Source: a virus
Lineage: Duplodnaviria; Caudoviricetes
Direction: 5' to 3' (one strand)
Length of the DNA stretch: 64,000 bases
IMG/VR virus record: IMGVR_UViG_3300036802_000112
Coordinates: 110,194 to 174,193 of that record
Shown: positions 47,395-55,316 of the stretch, one piece after another
Layout of the letters: each line of letters opens with the position of its first letter
How positions within the stretch are numbered: position 1 is the first letter of the stretch
Position numbers and translations under genes: made by a program
The notes under the pieces: generated by a model
What the model saw: the letters and a program-made list of their open reading frames with translations, nothing else
What the model was told of the DNA's origin: nothing
The model's database searches: none

Positions 47395-47925
47395 TTATTT
47401 CTTACACCAGCGATGAATAACAGTTTGGAGGATATTTGCATTCATTTCAAAATCATCCATATCGTTGTTCGGAATTAACATATCATAGTCCGTAAACTTA
47501 GGGAAAATTTCACCATCGTGCTTCACTCGTTCTCTTGCATGTTCTTCATTTCGAGACATACGCATACGACCAAAACATACACGCGCATCTACATTTAAGA
47601 AAATAACAAACAGGTTTCCTCTACCTACTGTTAATTTCAAATCTTCTACGCCAGAAGGATCAACCACGTACAAATCGTTCTTTTCAATTTGTTCCATCGT
47701 CGCTCCGTATTCATGACCAGCAAATTCAGTGTATGCAACTAAATTAGAACGAATGCTTTCGAACTCTTCTTCCGATACGAACGTTCGGCTATTTTCATCT
47801 TCGAAACGTCTTTCTCGTGTTGTGTAACTCTTTAACACTTTGTAACCTCTACTTGTTAATTCATCCTCAAGCTTCGTTTTACCACTACCACTTGCACCAA
47901 CTAAACACACTATTTTCCTAGACAT
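47395..47925 (-). CDS. gmk: Guanylate kinase-like protein
   Basis: GASGSGKT, SYTTRERR, FVSEEEF, YTEFAGHEYG. Confidence 0.85.
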   Translation of the reverse strand: MSRKIVCLVGASGSGKTKLEDELTSRGYKVLKSYTTRERRFEDENSRTFVSEEEFESIRSNLVAYTEFAGHEYGATMEQIEKNDLYVVDPSGVEDLKLTVGRGNLFVIFLNVDARVCFGRMRMSRNEEHARERVKHDGEIFPKFTDYDMLIPNNDMDDFEMNANILQTVIHRWCKK

Positions 47926-48010
47926 AAAAAAACACCCTTTCTGTATTTATACATTTTGCTTTTAACAAAGCAACTTTTTAAAATGCTATTAAAGAGAAAA
48001 ATGACGAGTA

Positions 48011-48970
48011 TTACACTTCGTCATTTTTACGGTATAAATATAATTGTACGTTACCTAAACCATAAACTTTATCCGTCCATTCACCATTTGCATTTTCAAC
48101 AGCTTCACGAACCATGTACATTTTCGCATCTAGGTTATCTAAGAAGTGTAAGAATACCGCTTCTGGCATTTGTGGTTGTTTCGGGCTTCCCCACTCAGCT
48201 TTGTCGTGATGACTTACCACTAAATGTTGCAACGCTTCTTTTGTATCTTGAGGTGTGTTGTACTTTGCAGCCATTTGTTCAATCAACATAACGCCTTGTA
48301 CAAGGTGTCCAAGTAATTTACCACCTCTTGTGTATTCCGTAACCGAGCCATGATCTGCATTCGTTTCAGTTGTCTTCTCAATGTCATGCAAGATGATACC
48401 TGCATATACTAAATCTTTATTTAAGAAAGGATACATCGGTAATAACGATTCAGCTAAACGTAACATAGATAATTCGTGGAATAACAATCCGCCGTAAATA
48501 GCGTGATGCATACCTTTCGCAGCAGGATATGTTTTCAAATCATCTTGTCGTAATGTCACTGCACCACCAACAACCGAACGGATATCAGTATCCTCGATTT
48601 TCTTTCCAAACTCAATTAGTTCCGTAAACATTTCATCAATCGAAATCGGAGCAGACTTGATGAACTCAGATAACTCTTTTTGTCCTTTTGGAACTGTTTT
48701 GATTTGAGATACTTTCAATTGGATTTTTCCATCCCATTCAGCACCCATCCCAACAACATAAACGATTCTATTATCCAGTAATTCTTTCTCGTTCTTAATA
48801 AGTTCAGCTTCCCAAACTTTCGCTAACACTTCGCCTGTAGCATCTTGTAGCCAAACATCATAGTAATCGGTTTTCTTAACTGTTTGTTGTTTCTCCATAC
48901 TTTTAATCAAATAAAAACCATGTGACTTTTCGCCTACTTTAATGTCTTTTACTTTATCATGCACCGTCAT
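48011..48970 (-). CDS. yhaM: YhaM/Cbf1-like OB-fold + HD-domain 3'-5' exonuclease
   Basis: LQDATGEVLAKVW; YPAAKGMHHA...GGLLFH; LHDIEK; SHH...EWGSP...EAVFLHFLDNLDAKM. Confidence 0.9.
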   Translation of the reverse strand: MTVHDKVKDIKVGEKSHGFYLIKSMEKQQTVKKTDYYDVWLQDATGEVLAKVWEAELIKNEKELLDNRIVYVVGMGAEWDGKIQLKVSQIKTVPKGQKELSEFIKSAPISIDEMFTELIEFGKKIEDTDIRSVVGGAVTLRQDDLKTYPAAKGMHHAIYGGLLFHELSMLRLAESLLPMYPFLNKDLVYAGIILHDIEKTTETNADHGSVTEYTRGGKLLGHLVQGVMLIEQMAAKYNTPQDTKEALQHLVVSHHDKAEWGSPKQPQMPEAVFLHFLDNLDAKMYMVREAVENANGEWTDKVYGLGNVQLYLYRKNDEV

Positions 48971-48980
48971 TTTTATTCAC

Positions 48981-49376
48981 CTATTTCTTTTTATCTTTTT
49001 TCTTCTTCTCTACCTTAACAAGTCTTACGGATGTTCTACGTTCTTCATGCGTATACTTGTTACGTTTATATTGGTCAAAACTATATTTACGTTCATCGAT
49101 TTTTTTCATGATAACTTCTGGCTTAACATTCTCTTCTGTTAAATCCAACTCTTCAGCAATTGCTTCTCTATTTAATTTTGTTTGACGATTTAAGCCACTT
49201 TCAACTTTTATATCATGCGTTTCACTAAATGGATATCTAACAACAGATTCACCGCTATCTCGCATGATTTTATCAATAATTTGTTTTTCTTGATGTATCT
49301 TTTCCTCAAGGCTTTTCTTTTCATTAATAAGATTAATCAACCGTTCAGAGTGAAAATGTAATTTATCTTCTGTCAT
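48981..49376 (-). CDS. Hypothetical protein
   Basis: 131-aa ORF with AAGGGG RBS. Confidence 0.65.
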   Translation of the reverse strand: MTEDKLHFHSERLINLINEKKSLEEKIHQEKQIIDKIMRDSGESVVRYPFSETHDIKVESGLNRQTKLNREAIAEELDLTEENVKPEVIMKKIDERKYSFDQYKRNKYTHEERRTSVRLVKVEKKKKDKKK

Positions 49377-49456
49377 TGTAATTCCCCTTTCGCTTCGTCT
49401 ATAAATAATACTACTACAAACAAGTTGTTAGGTCTAGAAAAAAATCTTCATTTCTA

Positions 49457-49472
49457 GTTATAAGCAAATTGA
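49457..49472 (+). promoter_or_regulatory. Repeated motif variant GTTATAAGCAAATTGA, copy 2
   Basis: Two mismatches to consensus; upstream of 49523. Confidence 0.55.
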
Positions 49473-49522
49473 CAGATAAACATACTATTTTATAAGGTAC
49501 CAACCAATAAAAAATAGGAGGA

Positions 49523-49900
49523 ATGTTTATGTTAGTTGCAATGACAAGCGGAGAATTACTAGCACTTATAACGCTAGTAATTCTCATATTTTCTATTTAC
49601 TTTCATGTAAAGAAGAAAACGAAAGTCATCCCGGTTATCGCAGAGACAGTGGAGGATGTTAATAAAGAAATTGATTACGATTCCGCCCAACAGCATAACG
49701 AACGGTTAAGACGACAACGTAGACATGTAGACGATGTAAAAGTCTACATTTCCTTCCAAGAGCCTTCAGCAAAGATTGAAGAAGCTGAAGAACCAGAAAA
49801 GAAAAAGAAACACGTACTCGAAGGCTATACACTTAAAGACTACATCAAGAATAGCAAGGAGTGCGATAGATTACTTACGCCATTAAGAACGACTTATTAA
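49523..49900 (+). CDS. Membrane-anchored hypothetical protein
   Basis: N-terminal hydrophobic helix followed by KKKTK; AGGAGG RBS. Confidence 0.7.
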   Translation: MFMLVAMTSGELLALITLVILIFSIYFHVKKKTKVIPVIAETVEDVNKEIDYDSAQQHNERLRRQRRHVDDVKVYISFQEPSAKIEEAEEPEKKKKHVLEGYTLKDYIKNSKECDRLLTPLRTTY

Positions 49901-49961
49901 TGTAAGTAATATTGGTACCTTATAAACCACAAAACAAATCTGTCATTGCAACTAACTCTTG

Positions 49962-49994
49962 AAAACACAGGGCCTTCGGGCCTTGTGTTTTTTT
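49962..49994 (+). terminator. Intrinsic terminator
   Basis: ACACAGGGCC-TTCG-GGCCTTGTGT then T-tract. Confidence 0.8.
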
Positions 49995-50005
49995 CGTCGA
50001 AATTA

Positions 50006-50021
50006 GTTATAAGTAAAGTGA
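50006..50021 (+). promoter_or_regulatory. Repeated motif GTTATAAGTAAAGTGA, copy 3
   Basis: Exact match. Confidence 0.7.
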
Positions 50022-50053
50022 AGAAACAATACATAACAAAGGAGAAATGAAAA

Positions 50054-50257
50054 ATGAACAAGAATTTAAAATTAGCAGTAAAAATCGGATTAGGAATTGC
50101 AGGATATATAGCAGGAGTAAAGATTATGGGCAAAGGCGTAGAGTACGCAGTAAAAGCAATTATTGAGCACGGAGAAGAAGGAAGTGACAAAGAACAGATT
50201 CAGGAAGAAATTCAAGAAGAGATTCAAGAAGAAGCAGAATTAAAAGAAGCACAATAA
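50054..50257 (+). CDS. Small protein: hydrophobic N-terminus, acidic (IQEE)3 tail
   Basis: Leader identical to the 9678 gene; 12-bp tandem repeat at 50198-50233; hairpin terminator at 50263-50295. Confidence 0.75.
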   Translation: MNKNLKLAVKIGLGIAGYIAGVKIMGKGVEYAVKAIIEHGEEGSDKEQIQEEIQEEIQEEAELKEAQ

Positions 50258-50320
50258 AAATTAAAACACATACGAATATTCGTATGTGTTTTTTTCATCC
50301 TAAGAAAGAAGGAATAGAAC

Positions 50321-50905
50321 ATGACAAATACAAAAGAATTATATTTACGAATGAAAAACGGGGAGAAAGAAACGGAATTAAAAATACCATCATTTAACGA
50401 GGAAAATCAATTAGCAATCATACAAGGATTGTTTTCATTTTTCGATGTAAATGTAGATTTTAAAGAAATGGCAGAAATTGATATTAGAACCAGAAAAGCT
50501 TATGCTTCATTTTACAAAGAAGGACATACAGAATTCATGGAGACTGGAGAGGATATTAAAACACAACCTCGTATTGGAATCGCTAAAAAAGTCGATACGA
50601 TTGAGGTAGGGATACAAGAAGAAACAAAAGTACCGGAGGAAGATCACTTCACAACAGGATACAAAATTAAAAATGGAATCAAGACTTATAGATGTAGATA
50701 TGTTTGTACAAAATGTGCACATCGTGCAAACAGTTATATAACGGAAGACACAAAGAGAGTAAAGTGTTATATGTGTAGTCAACCAATGAAAGTTACACCA
50801 GCTACAGATAAACCGTTCCCTGAAAGAGATAGCTTCGGTAATTTCTTCTCAGCAGGAAATCATAAACAAGAATCCAAGGAGGTATATGATTATGTCAGTT
50901 CATAA
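50321..50905 (+). CDS. Zinc-ribbon-containing hypothetical protein
   Basis: YRCRYVCTKC...VKCYMC. Confidence 0.7.
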   Translation: MTNTKELYLRMKNGEKETELKIPSFNEENQLAIIQGLFSFFDVNVDFKEMAEIDIRTRKAYASFYKEGHTEFMETGEDIKTQPRIGIAKKVDTIEVGIQEETKVPEEDHFTTGYKIKNGIKTYRCRYVCTKCAHRANSYITEDTKRVKCYMCSQPMKVTPATDKPFPERDSFGNFFSAGNHKQESKEVYDYVSS

Positions 50906-51347
50906 AAACATTACAAGAACAAAGTTCCCTCAACAAGAACATATAGGAGTTGAGGTTGCTGTTACTTTTCATTACGATACGAAAAATCCGATGAGAGGTC
51001 ACATTGTAAGAAGTGATGTGAATTCTCCTTTTATCACGATTATTAAGTTAGTGGATGGTAGATATATTTTAAGTGATGAATGTCATTATTCAATTGTGCA
51101 AGATGACTATTTCGCAAAAACTGACGCCTTCACATATAAGAATTCAAGAATTGTAATTTCGTTAGAAACAAAACATTTAATTATAGGGGAGGTGGTCGCA
51201 GAAGAATATGCAGATGCGGATTATTTCCCAGTCGTGAAAACATTAATTAAAAAGGGAGAGGTGGTCACAGAAGAAATATTCAACAAGCTTTTAAAACAAG
51301 GACGAAAAGAAATTGAAATCAATAAACTTATAAAGAAGGTAAAATAA
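50886..51347 (+). CDS. Two-domain hypothetical protein
   Basis: AAGGAGGT RBS; N-terminal FPQQ...FHYDT...GHIVRSD...DGRYILSDECHYS; C-terminal GEVVAEE...LIKKGEVVTEE. Confidence 0.7.
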   Translation: MIMSVHKNITRTKFPQQEHIGVEVAVTFHYDTKNPMRGHIVRSDVNSPFITIIKLVDGRYILSDECHYSIVQDDYFAKTDAFTYKNSRIVISLETKHLIIGEVVAEEYADADYFPVVKTLIKKGEVVTEEIFNKLLKQGRKEIEINKLIKKVK

Positions 51348-51359
51348 AAAACAAAGGGG

Positions 51360-51653
51360 ATGTTTATTATGATGACTTGGTTTTCGAAACACGCATGGTT
51401 ACAATGTTCAGAGAGGTCAATATTACCACCACAAATTTCAATGGCAGTCAGTGCACTTCAAAAGAAATTACGAAAATTAAAACCGGAAGAAGAATGTATG
51501 ATTATCGACAGGAATTACGATGCAGGTTACGTATGTGCCGTACAAGACACTGTAGAACCAATCGGCAAGAAAGCTGTTATTATCACCGTAGTAGACGAGA
51601 AAGACCCGTTTGTAAAACGTGGCACAAAAGTGTTGTACCACAAAGAAAAATAA
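51360..51653 (+). CDS. Small protein with possible BECR/DUF4258-like RNase fold
   Basis: FSKHAWLQCSER N-terminal motif and VIITV C-terminal strand. Confidence 0.45.
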   Translation: MFIMMTWFSKHAWLQCSERSILPPQISMAVSALQKKLRKLKPEEECMIIDRNYDAGYVCAVQDTVEPIGKKAVIITVVDEKDPFVKRGTKVLYHKEK

Positions 51654-51684
51654 GGTGTGCCCTTCGGGGCGCACCTTATTTTTT
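51646..51684. terminator. Bidirectional terminator (cUUCGg loop)
   Basis: AAAAATAAGGTGTGCCC-TTCG-GGGCGCACCTTATTTTT between convergent genes. Confidence 0.85.
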
Positions 51685-52653
51685 ATTTTCAGTAGCTATT
51701 TTAATCAGGCCACTAAAATTAGACTTAGCTTGTTGTTGGAATCCTGGTTCCATTTGTGGAGGAACGTAAGGGAATTGTACATTAGGATTTTGTTGTGGTT
51801 GCATGTTATCCAATAGTTGTTGATCCTTCTTCTGTTGTTGGTCTTTCAATGCTTGTTGTGTACCTACACCAACCAATCCCACACCAGCAGTCCCACGAGC
51901 TAAACGTTGGTCAAAAGTTTTTTGCTTTAAGTTTTGTTCAGCAGAACGAACCTGATTGTTCATTGATTCTGTAGCTTCTTTCATTTTCTGATTCGCTTGC
52001 GTCATGCGAAGTGTCGGTTCAGACATACGCCAGTTTGGATCATTCTTATGTGCTGAACGGAAATAAGCATCGTACCCTTGGTCGAATTGCTTCACACCTT
52101 GTTGATGAACTTTGTTCATGTTATTCACGTTTGTTAATTCTTTTTGTGCTGTTTTCTTTCCGACACCTAATAAACCTGAACCCATACGTTTACCAAAGTT
52201 TAGCAGACCACCAACGAACGCCGCTTTTGGCATACCAACATTTAGTTTTTTCTCATGCATCTCTTTATCCCAAGGGCCATTATTTTCTTTTACTTCTCCC
52301 ACATACGCTTTGATGGATTTTTCACCTGCATGTTGGAAGCCAAGCGTTCTATGGTAACCGTCAGCTATCTTAATCGTTCCATCAGGACGTTTTACTAAAA
52401 CGACTGGTTCCATAGCCTTTCCATCTTTCACCGCTTGTGCAATACCTTTTACTTTATCTGTTTCTCTAGCGCCACCTGGACGTCGAGCCATTTTAATATC
52501 AGATAAAGGAACTGACTTTTGTAATGACCATTTCGTGTCTTTTACCCACTGTAAGCAATCCGCAGGATAGTTTTCTTTTAGATATTCGAATACTTTGTTC
52601 GTTAAACCATTCTTCACTTCTTCAGCTATTTTAATTAAACTCATTCTCTTCAC
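51676..52653 (-). CDS. ParB/Sulfiredoxin N-domain protein with K-x-A motifs (candidate internal virion protein)
   Basis: MEPVVLVKRPDGTIKIADGYHRT; LIKIAE, MPKAAF, LIKIAT. Confidence 0.75.
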   Translation of the reverse strand: MKRMSLIKIAEEVKNGLTNKVFEYLKENYPADCLQWVKDTKWSLQKSVPLSDIKMARRPGGARETDKVKGIAQAVKDGKAMEPVVLVKRPDGTIKIADGYHRTLGFQHAGEKSIKAYVGEVKENNGPWDKEMHEKKLNVGMPKAAFVGGLLNFGKRMGSGLLGVGKKTAQKELTNVNNMNKVHQQGVKQFDQGYDAYFRSAHKNDPNWRMSEPTLRMTQANQKMKEATESMNNQVRSAEQNLKQKTFDQRLARGTAGVGLVGVGTQQALKDQQQKKDQQLLDNMQPQQNPNVQFPYVPPQMEPGFQQQAKSNFSGLIKIATENKK

Positions 52654-52797
52654 CTACTTCACTGGACGAGCGATTGCGCCTTTATTTGCTGCTGCAATTT
52701 TAACAGCATCTTCACGAGGTAAATAAGCTTCGATAACTTGTCCTTCTTTAACAACCTCGTATACTTCTTGTGCAACACCGTATTTTTCCATAGCCAT
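52654..52797 (-). CDS. 47-aa protein, not in ORF track (MAMEKYGVAQEVYEVVKEG...ARPVK)
   Basis: AAGGGTG RBS; stop abuts the ParB-like gene start; extended -10 upstream. Confidence 0.7.
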   Translation of the reverse strand: MAMEKYGVAQEVYEVVKEGQVIEAYLPREDAVKIAAANKGAIARPVK

Positions 52798-52856
52798 AAT
52801 AAAACACCCTTTCTAATAAATTGATATCTAAAGTATAACAGACACCCACAAAAATA

Positions 52857-52872
52857 GTTATAAGTAAAGTGA
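52857..52872 (+). promoter_or_regulatory. Repeated motif GTTATAAGTAAAGTGA, copy 4
   Basis: Exact match, directly before AAGGAGG. Confidence 0.7.
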
Positions 52873-52886
52873 AAGGAGGGGAGTTT

Positions 52887-53207
52887 ATGGAACTCTTCAT
52901 TTTATTTTTACTCTCTTATTTAGCTTTTGGAATTTGGACAGCAGGATACATACCACAACGTATATCAAATCGGATGCAACAACTAATCGTTATTAAATCA
53001 GCATTAGATACTCAAATCCATTTTTACCAAAGCTTAAATATTTCAGAGGAAGAGAAAGATATGAAAGAGAGGCAAAGGCAAGGAATAGAAAAAGAATTAT
53101 CGTTCCATAAAGAAATACAAAGCCAATTACATACAGACAGTTTTCTATTCAAAAGTATATTTTTATGGTTTGTTTACTTGCCAAAATTCTTAGTAATAAA
53201 ACACTAA
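52887..53207 (+). CDS. Hypothetical membrane protein
   Basis: Hydrophobic N- and C-termini flanking a coiled coil. Confidence 0.7.
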   Translation: MELFILFLLSYLAFGIWTAGYIPQRISNRMQQLIVIKSALDTQIHFYQSLNISEEEKDMKERQRQGIEKELSFHKEIQSQLHTDSFLFKSIFLWFVYLPKFLVIKH

Positions 53208-53234
53208 TCGACTAGTGTTTTATTACTAAAACTA

Positions 53235-53250
53235 GTTATAAGTAAAGTGA
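53235..53250 (+). promoter_or_regulatory. Repeated motif GTTATAAGTAAAGTGA, copy 5
   Basis: Exact match. Confidence 0.7.
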
Positions 53251-53276
53251 AGAAAGAATAAACATATAAAAGGAGA

Positions 53277-53642
53277 ATGATAAAAATGGCAGTAGGATTA
53301 TTAACAATAGGAAGTTCAGTATACATAGGAGTAGGGATTTGCAAAAGCGGAATTAAATTATATTCAGCATTAAGTACAAAGAAGAACATTAAATTAGCAG
53401 AAACAGAAATGAATAGAATCATAACAAGAACAGAAGATATGACAGTAAGAGCAGCAGCATATAAGAATATGAAGAGAACAATTGAAGATGTAAAAGAAGT
53501 ATCATTAGATCAAGAATTTACACAAGAAGTATTATACGGAAATGGAATAAGAGCATTCACAAAGAACACGTTAGCGTGGTGGATTCCAAATGGAGCATTA
53601 GAAAAAACAAAAGAATTTGCATATAAATATATACTTGCATAG
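53277..53642 (+). CDS. Hypothetical protein with hydrophobic N-terminus
   Basis: AAGGAG RBS; hairpin terminator at 53638-53673. Confidence 0.7.
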   Translation: MIKMAVGLLTIGSSVYIGVGICKSGIKLYSALSTKKNIKLAETEMNRIITRTEDMTVRAAAYKNMKRTIEDVKEVSLDQEFTQEVLYGNGIRAFTKNTLAWWIPNGALEKTKEFAYKYILA

Positions 53643-53700
53643 AATAACGGTAGACGTTATTCTATGTTTTTTTATTTTAAAACCAAAAGGAGCGAGTGAA

Positions 53701-54027
53701 ATGAACTTAAAAGAAATAGCATTACAAGCATTACAGGCAGATAAGGATATTATGAAATCAGGAGTTAATGTAGAATTATTAGCAGATTTGGTAGAACCTC
53801 AAGGAGAACCACCTGAAGGATCTACTCCAGAACAAATAAAAAAACACAGAGAGAATCAAGAAAAATTAAAAGAAAACATCATAGATTCTTGGAACTCAAA
53901 AGTCTATGCAACAAATGCATGGTTCTTCATTGAAAAGGTTCGTATGGCGAAACGAGAAGGACAAGATACATCTTGGTTAGAAGCTGTTCCAAACGCAGAA
54001 GAAATATTTAAAAACTTAAAAATATAA
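53701..54027 (+). CDS. Hypothetical protein
   Basis: AAGGAG RBS before MNLKEIAL. Confidence 0.7.
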   Translation: MNLKEIALQALQADKDIMKSGVNVELLADLVEPQGEPPEGSTPEQIKKHRENQEKLKENIIDSWNSKVYATNAWFFIEKVRMAKREGQDTSWLEAVPNAEEIFKNLKI

Positions 54028-54041
54028 AAGGAGTGTTTATC

Positions 54042-54116
54042 ATGGGCTTAGTTTTATTAGGAGCATTAACAGGCGCAATCGTATTCGCACTAAGAAAGAA
54101 GCACTCCACAAAATAG
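54042..54116 (+). CDS. 24-aa hydrophobic peptide, not in ORF track (MGLVLLGALTGAIVFALRKKHSTK)
   Basis: AAGGAG RBS; fills the gap before the terminator. Confidence 0.55.
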   Translation: MGLVLLGALTGAIVFALRKKHSTK

Positions 54117-54145
54117 ATGGTGCCCTTCGGGGCACCATCTATTTT
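54110..54145 (+). terminator. Intrinsic terminator (cUUCGg loop)
   Basis: AAAATAGATGGTGCCC-TTCG-GGGCACCATCTATTTT. Confidence 0.85.
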
Positions 54146-54229
54146 GCTCTCAATGACAACATTTCAATATATTATTCGCTTCCTTATGGTAAAATGAAGA
54201 AAGATTACATTACAAAGGAGTGAATACAC

Positions 54230-55300
54230 ATGGCAAAACACCTTATTCCAAAAGACTTGGAAAACTTGCCTAATTTCCCTATCACACAGGATCAGATTCA
54301 ACCAACTAACCCGAAGCCTAATCATTGGTGGTTAGACCTCAGTGTGATACCTCATATTTTATACCGTTGGAACGGTGTGAAATGGACAGCTATCGGTAAT
54401 ACTGGTGGAGGAAATGGAAGTGGCGGTATAGACGCAAGTGTTATCGCACAATTACAAGAACGAATTTCTATTATTGATTCTCAAATCGTTGTATTAAAAA
54501 ATGATTTAGATTCAAAGGTTTCTCGTACTCAATATGATACAGAGCGTATCGCTACTACAAACCGTCTTTCTAATTTAGAATCTAAAGCGATTCAACACTT
54601 AGATATGATCAACTTAAAAGTGTCTTTAGTGGATTACCAAAAGGATAAAACAAGCATCCTTTCACGCTTAACAGATTCAGAAAACCGCATTATCGAACAT
54701 ACGAATTTATTAGGTAATGTCACGCAACGTGATGTGATTATCGCAACGATCAACCAAAGTGTTGAAAAAGCGAAAATCAAAGGTGCTCTTATCGACTTAA
54801 CTGGAGTTGTTCGTCCAGAAGATTTAAAGACAACTCAATTAACTTTGACACGTCCAGATGGTTTTGTAACAGTAGATAAAGGTACATTAAATGTTCCGAT
54901 TTACATTCCAGGTGCATATCCGTTCTGTATTTCTGACAATGTAGATGTAGTAAAAGCGTTCTTCCGTACCGGTTCAATTAACCGAGAAGATGTACACCAA
55001 ATGGTATTTACTCATACAGCTCGTTACTTAAAAGTCATCTTAGGTATGTATTCAGAAGGTGATGCTTCAGTAAGCATGGCTGTAGAAGAAGAAGATTCAA
55101 AAGGAACACGTAATGTATTGGGTTCTAAAAACTCATCTAATACAGACAAGAAATCTCCTGATGCTACAAAAGGGCAAGTCTTAACAATTGACCTTGGCGA
55201 GCCAAAAGGGATGCAAAAAACAGTATACGTTACACTTCGCTCGACGTTAACTGGTAAGAATGTATACGGACGAGTTATCCAATCTTATTTAGAAGGTTAA
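54230..55300 (+). CDS. Tail fibre-like protein, short paralogue (356 aa)
   Basis: N-terminal WWLDLS...LYRWNGVKW; coiled coil; LTRPDG...IDLGEP...SYLEG C-terminal domain. Confidence 0.75.
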   Translation: MAKHLIPKDLENLPNFPITQDQIQPTNPKPNHWWLDLSVIPHILYRWNGVKWTAIGNTGGGNGSGGIDASVIAQLQERISIIDSQIVVLKNDLDSKVSRTQYDTERIATTNRLSNLESKAIQHLDMINLKVSLVDYQKDKTSILSRLTDSENRIIEHTNLLGNVTQRDVIIATINQSVEKAKIKGALIDLTGVVRPEDLKTTQLTLTRPDGFVTVDKGTLNVPIYIPGAYPFCISDNVDVVKAFFRTGSINREDVHQMVFTHTARYLKVILGMYSEGDASVSMAVEEEDSKGTRNVLGSKNSSNTDKKSPDATKGQVLTIDLGEPKGMQKTVYVTLRSTLTGKNVYGRVIQSYLEG

Positions 55301-55316
55301 GAAAGGGTGATATAAA

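Noticed and set aside
51676-52653. ParABS partition system
   Set aside because: Only the ParB N-domain is present; no ParA, HTH domain or parS-like repeats nearby.
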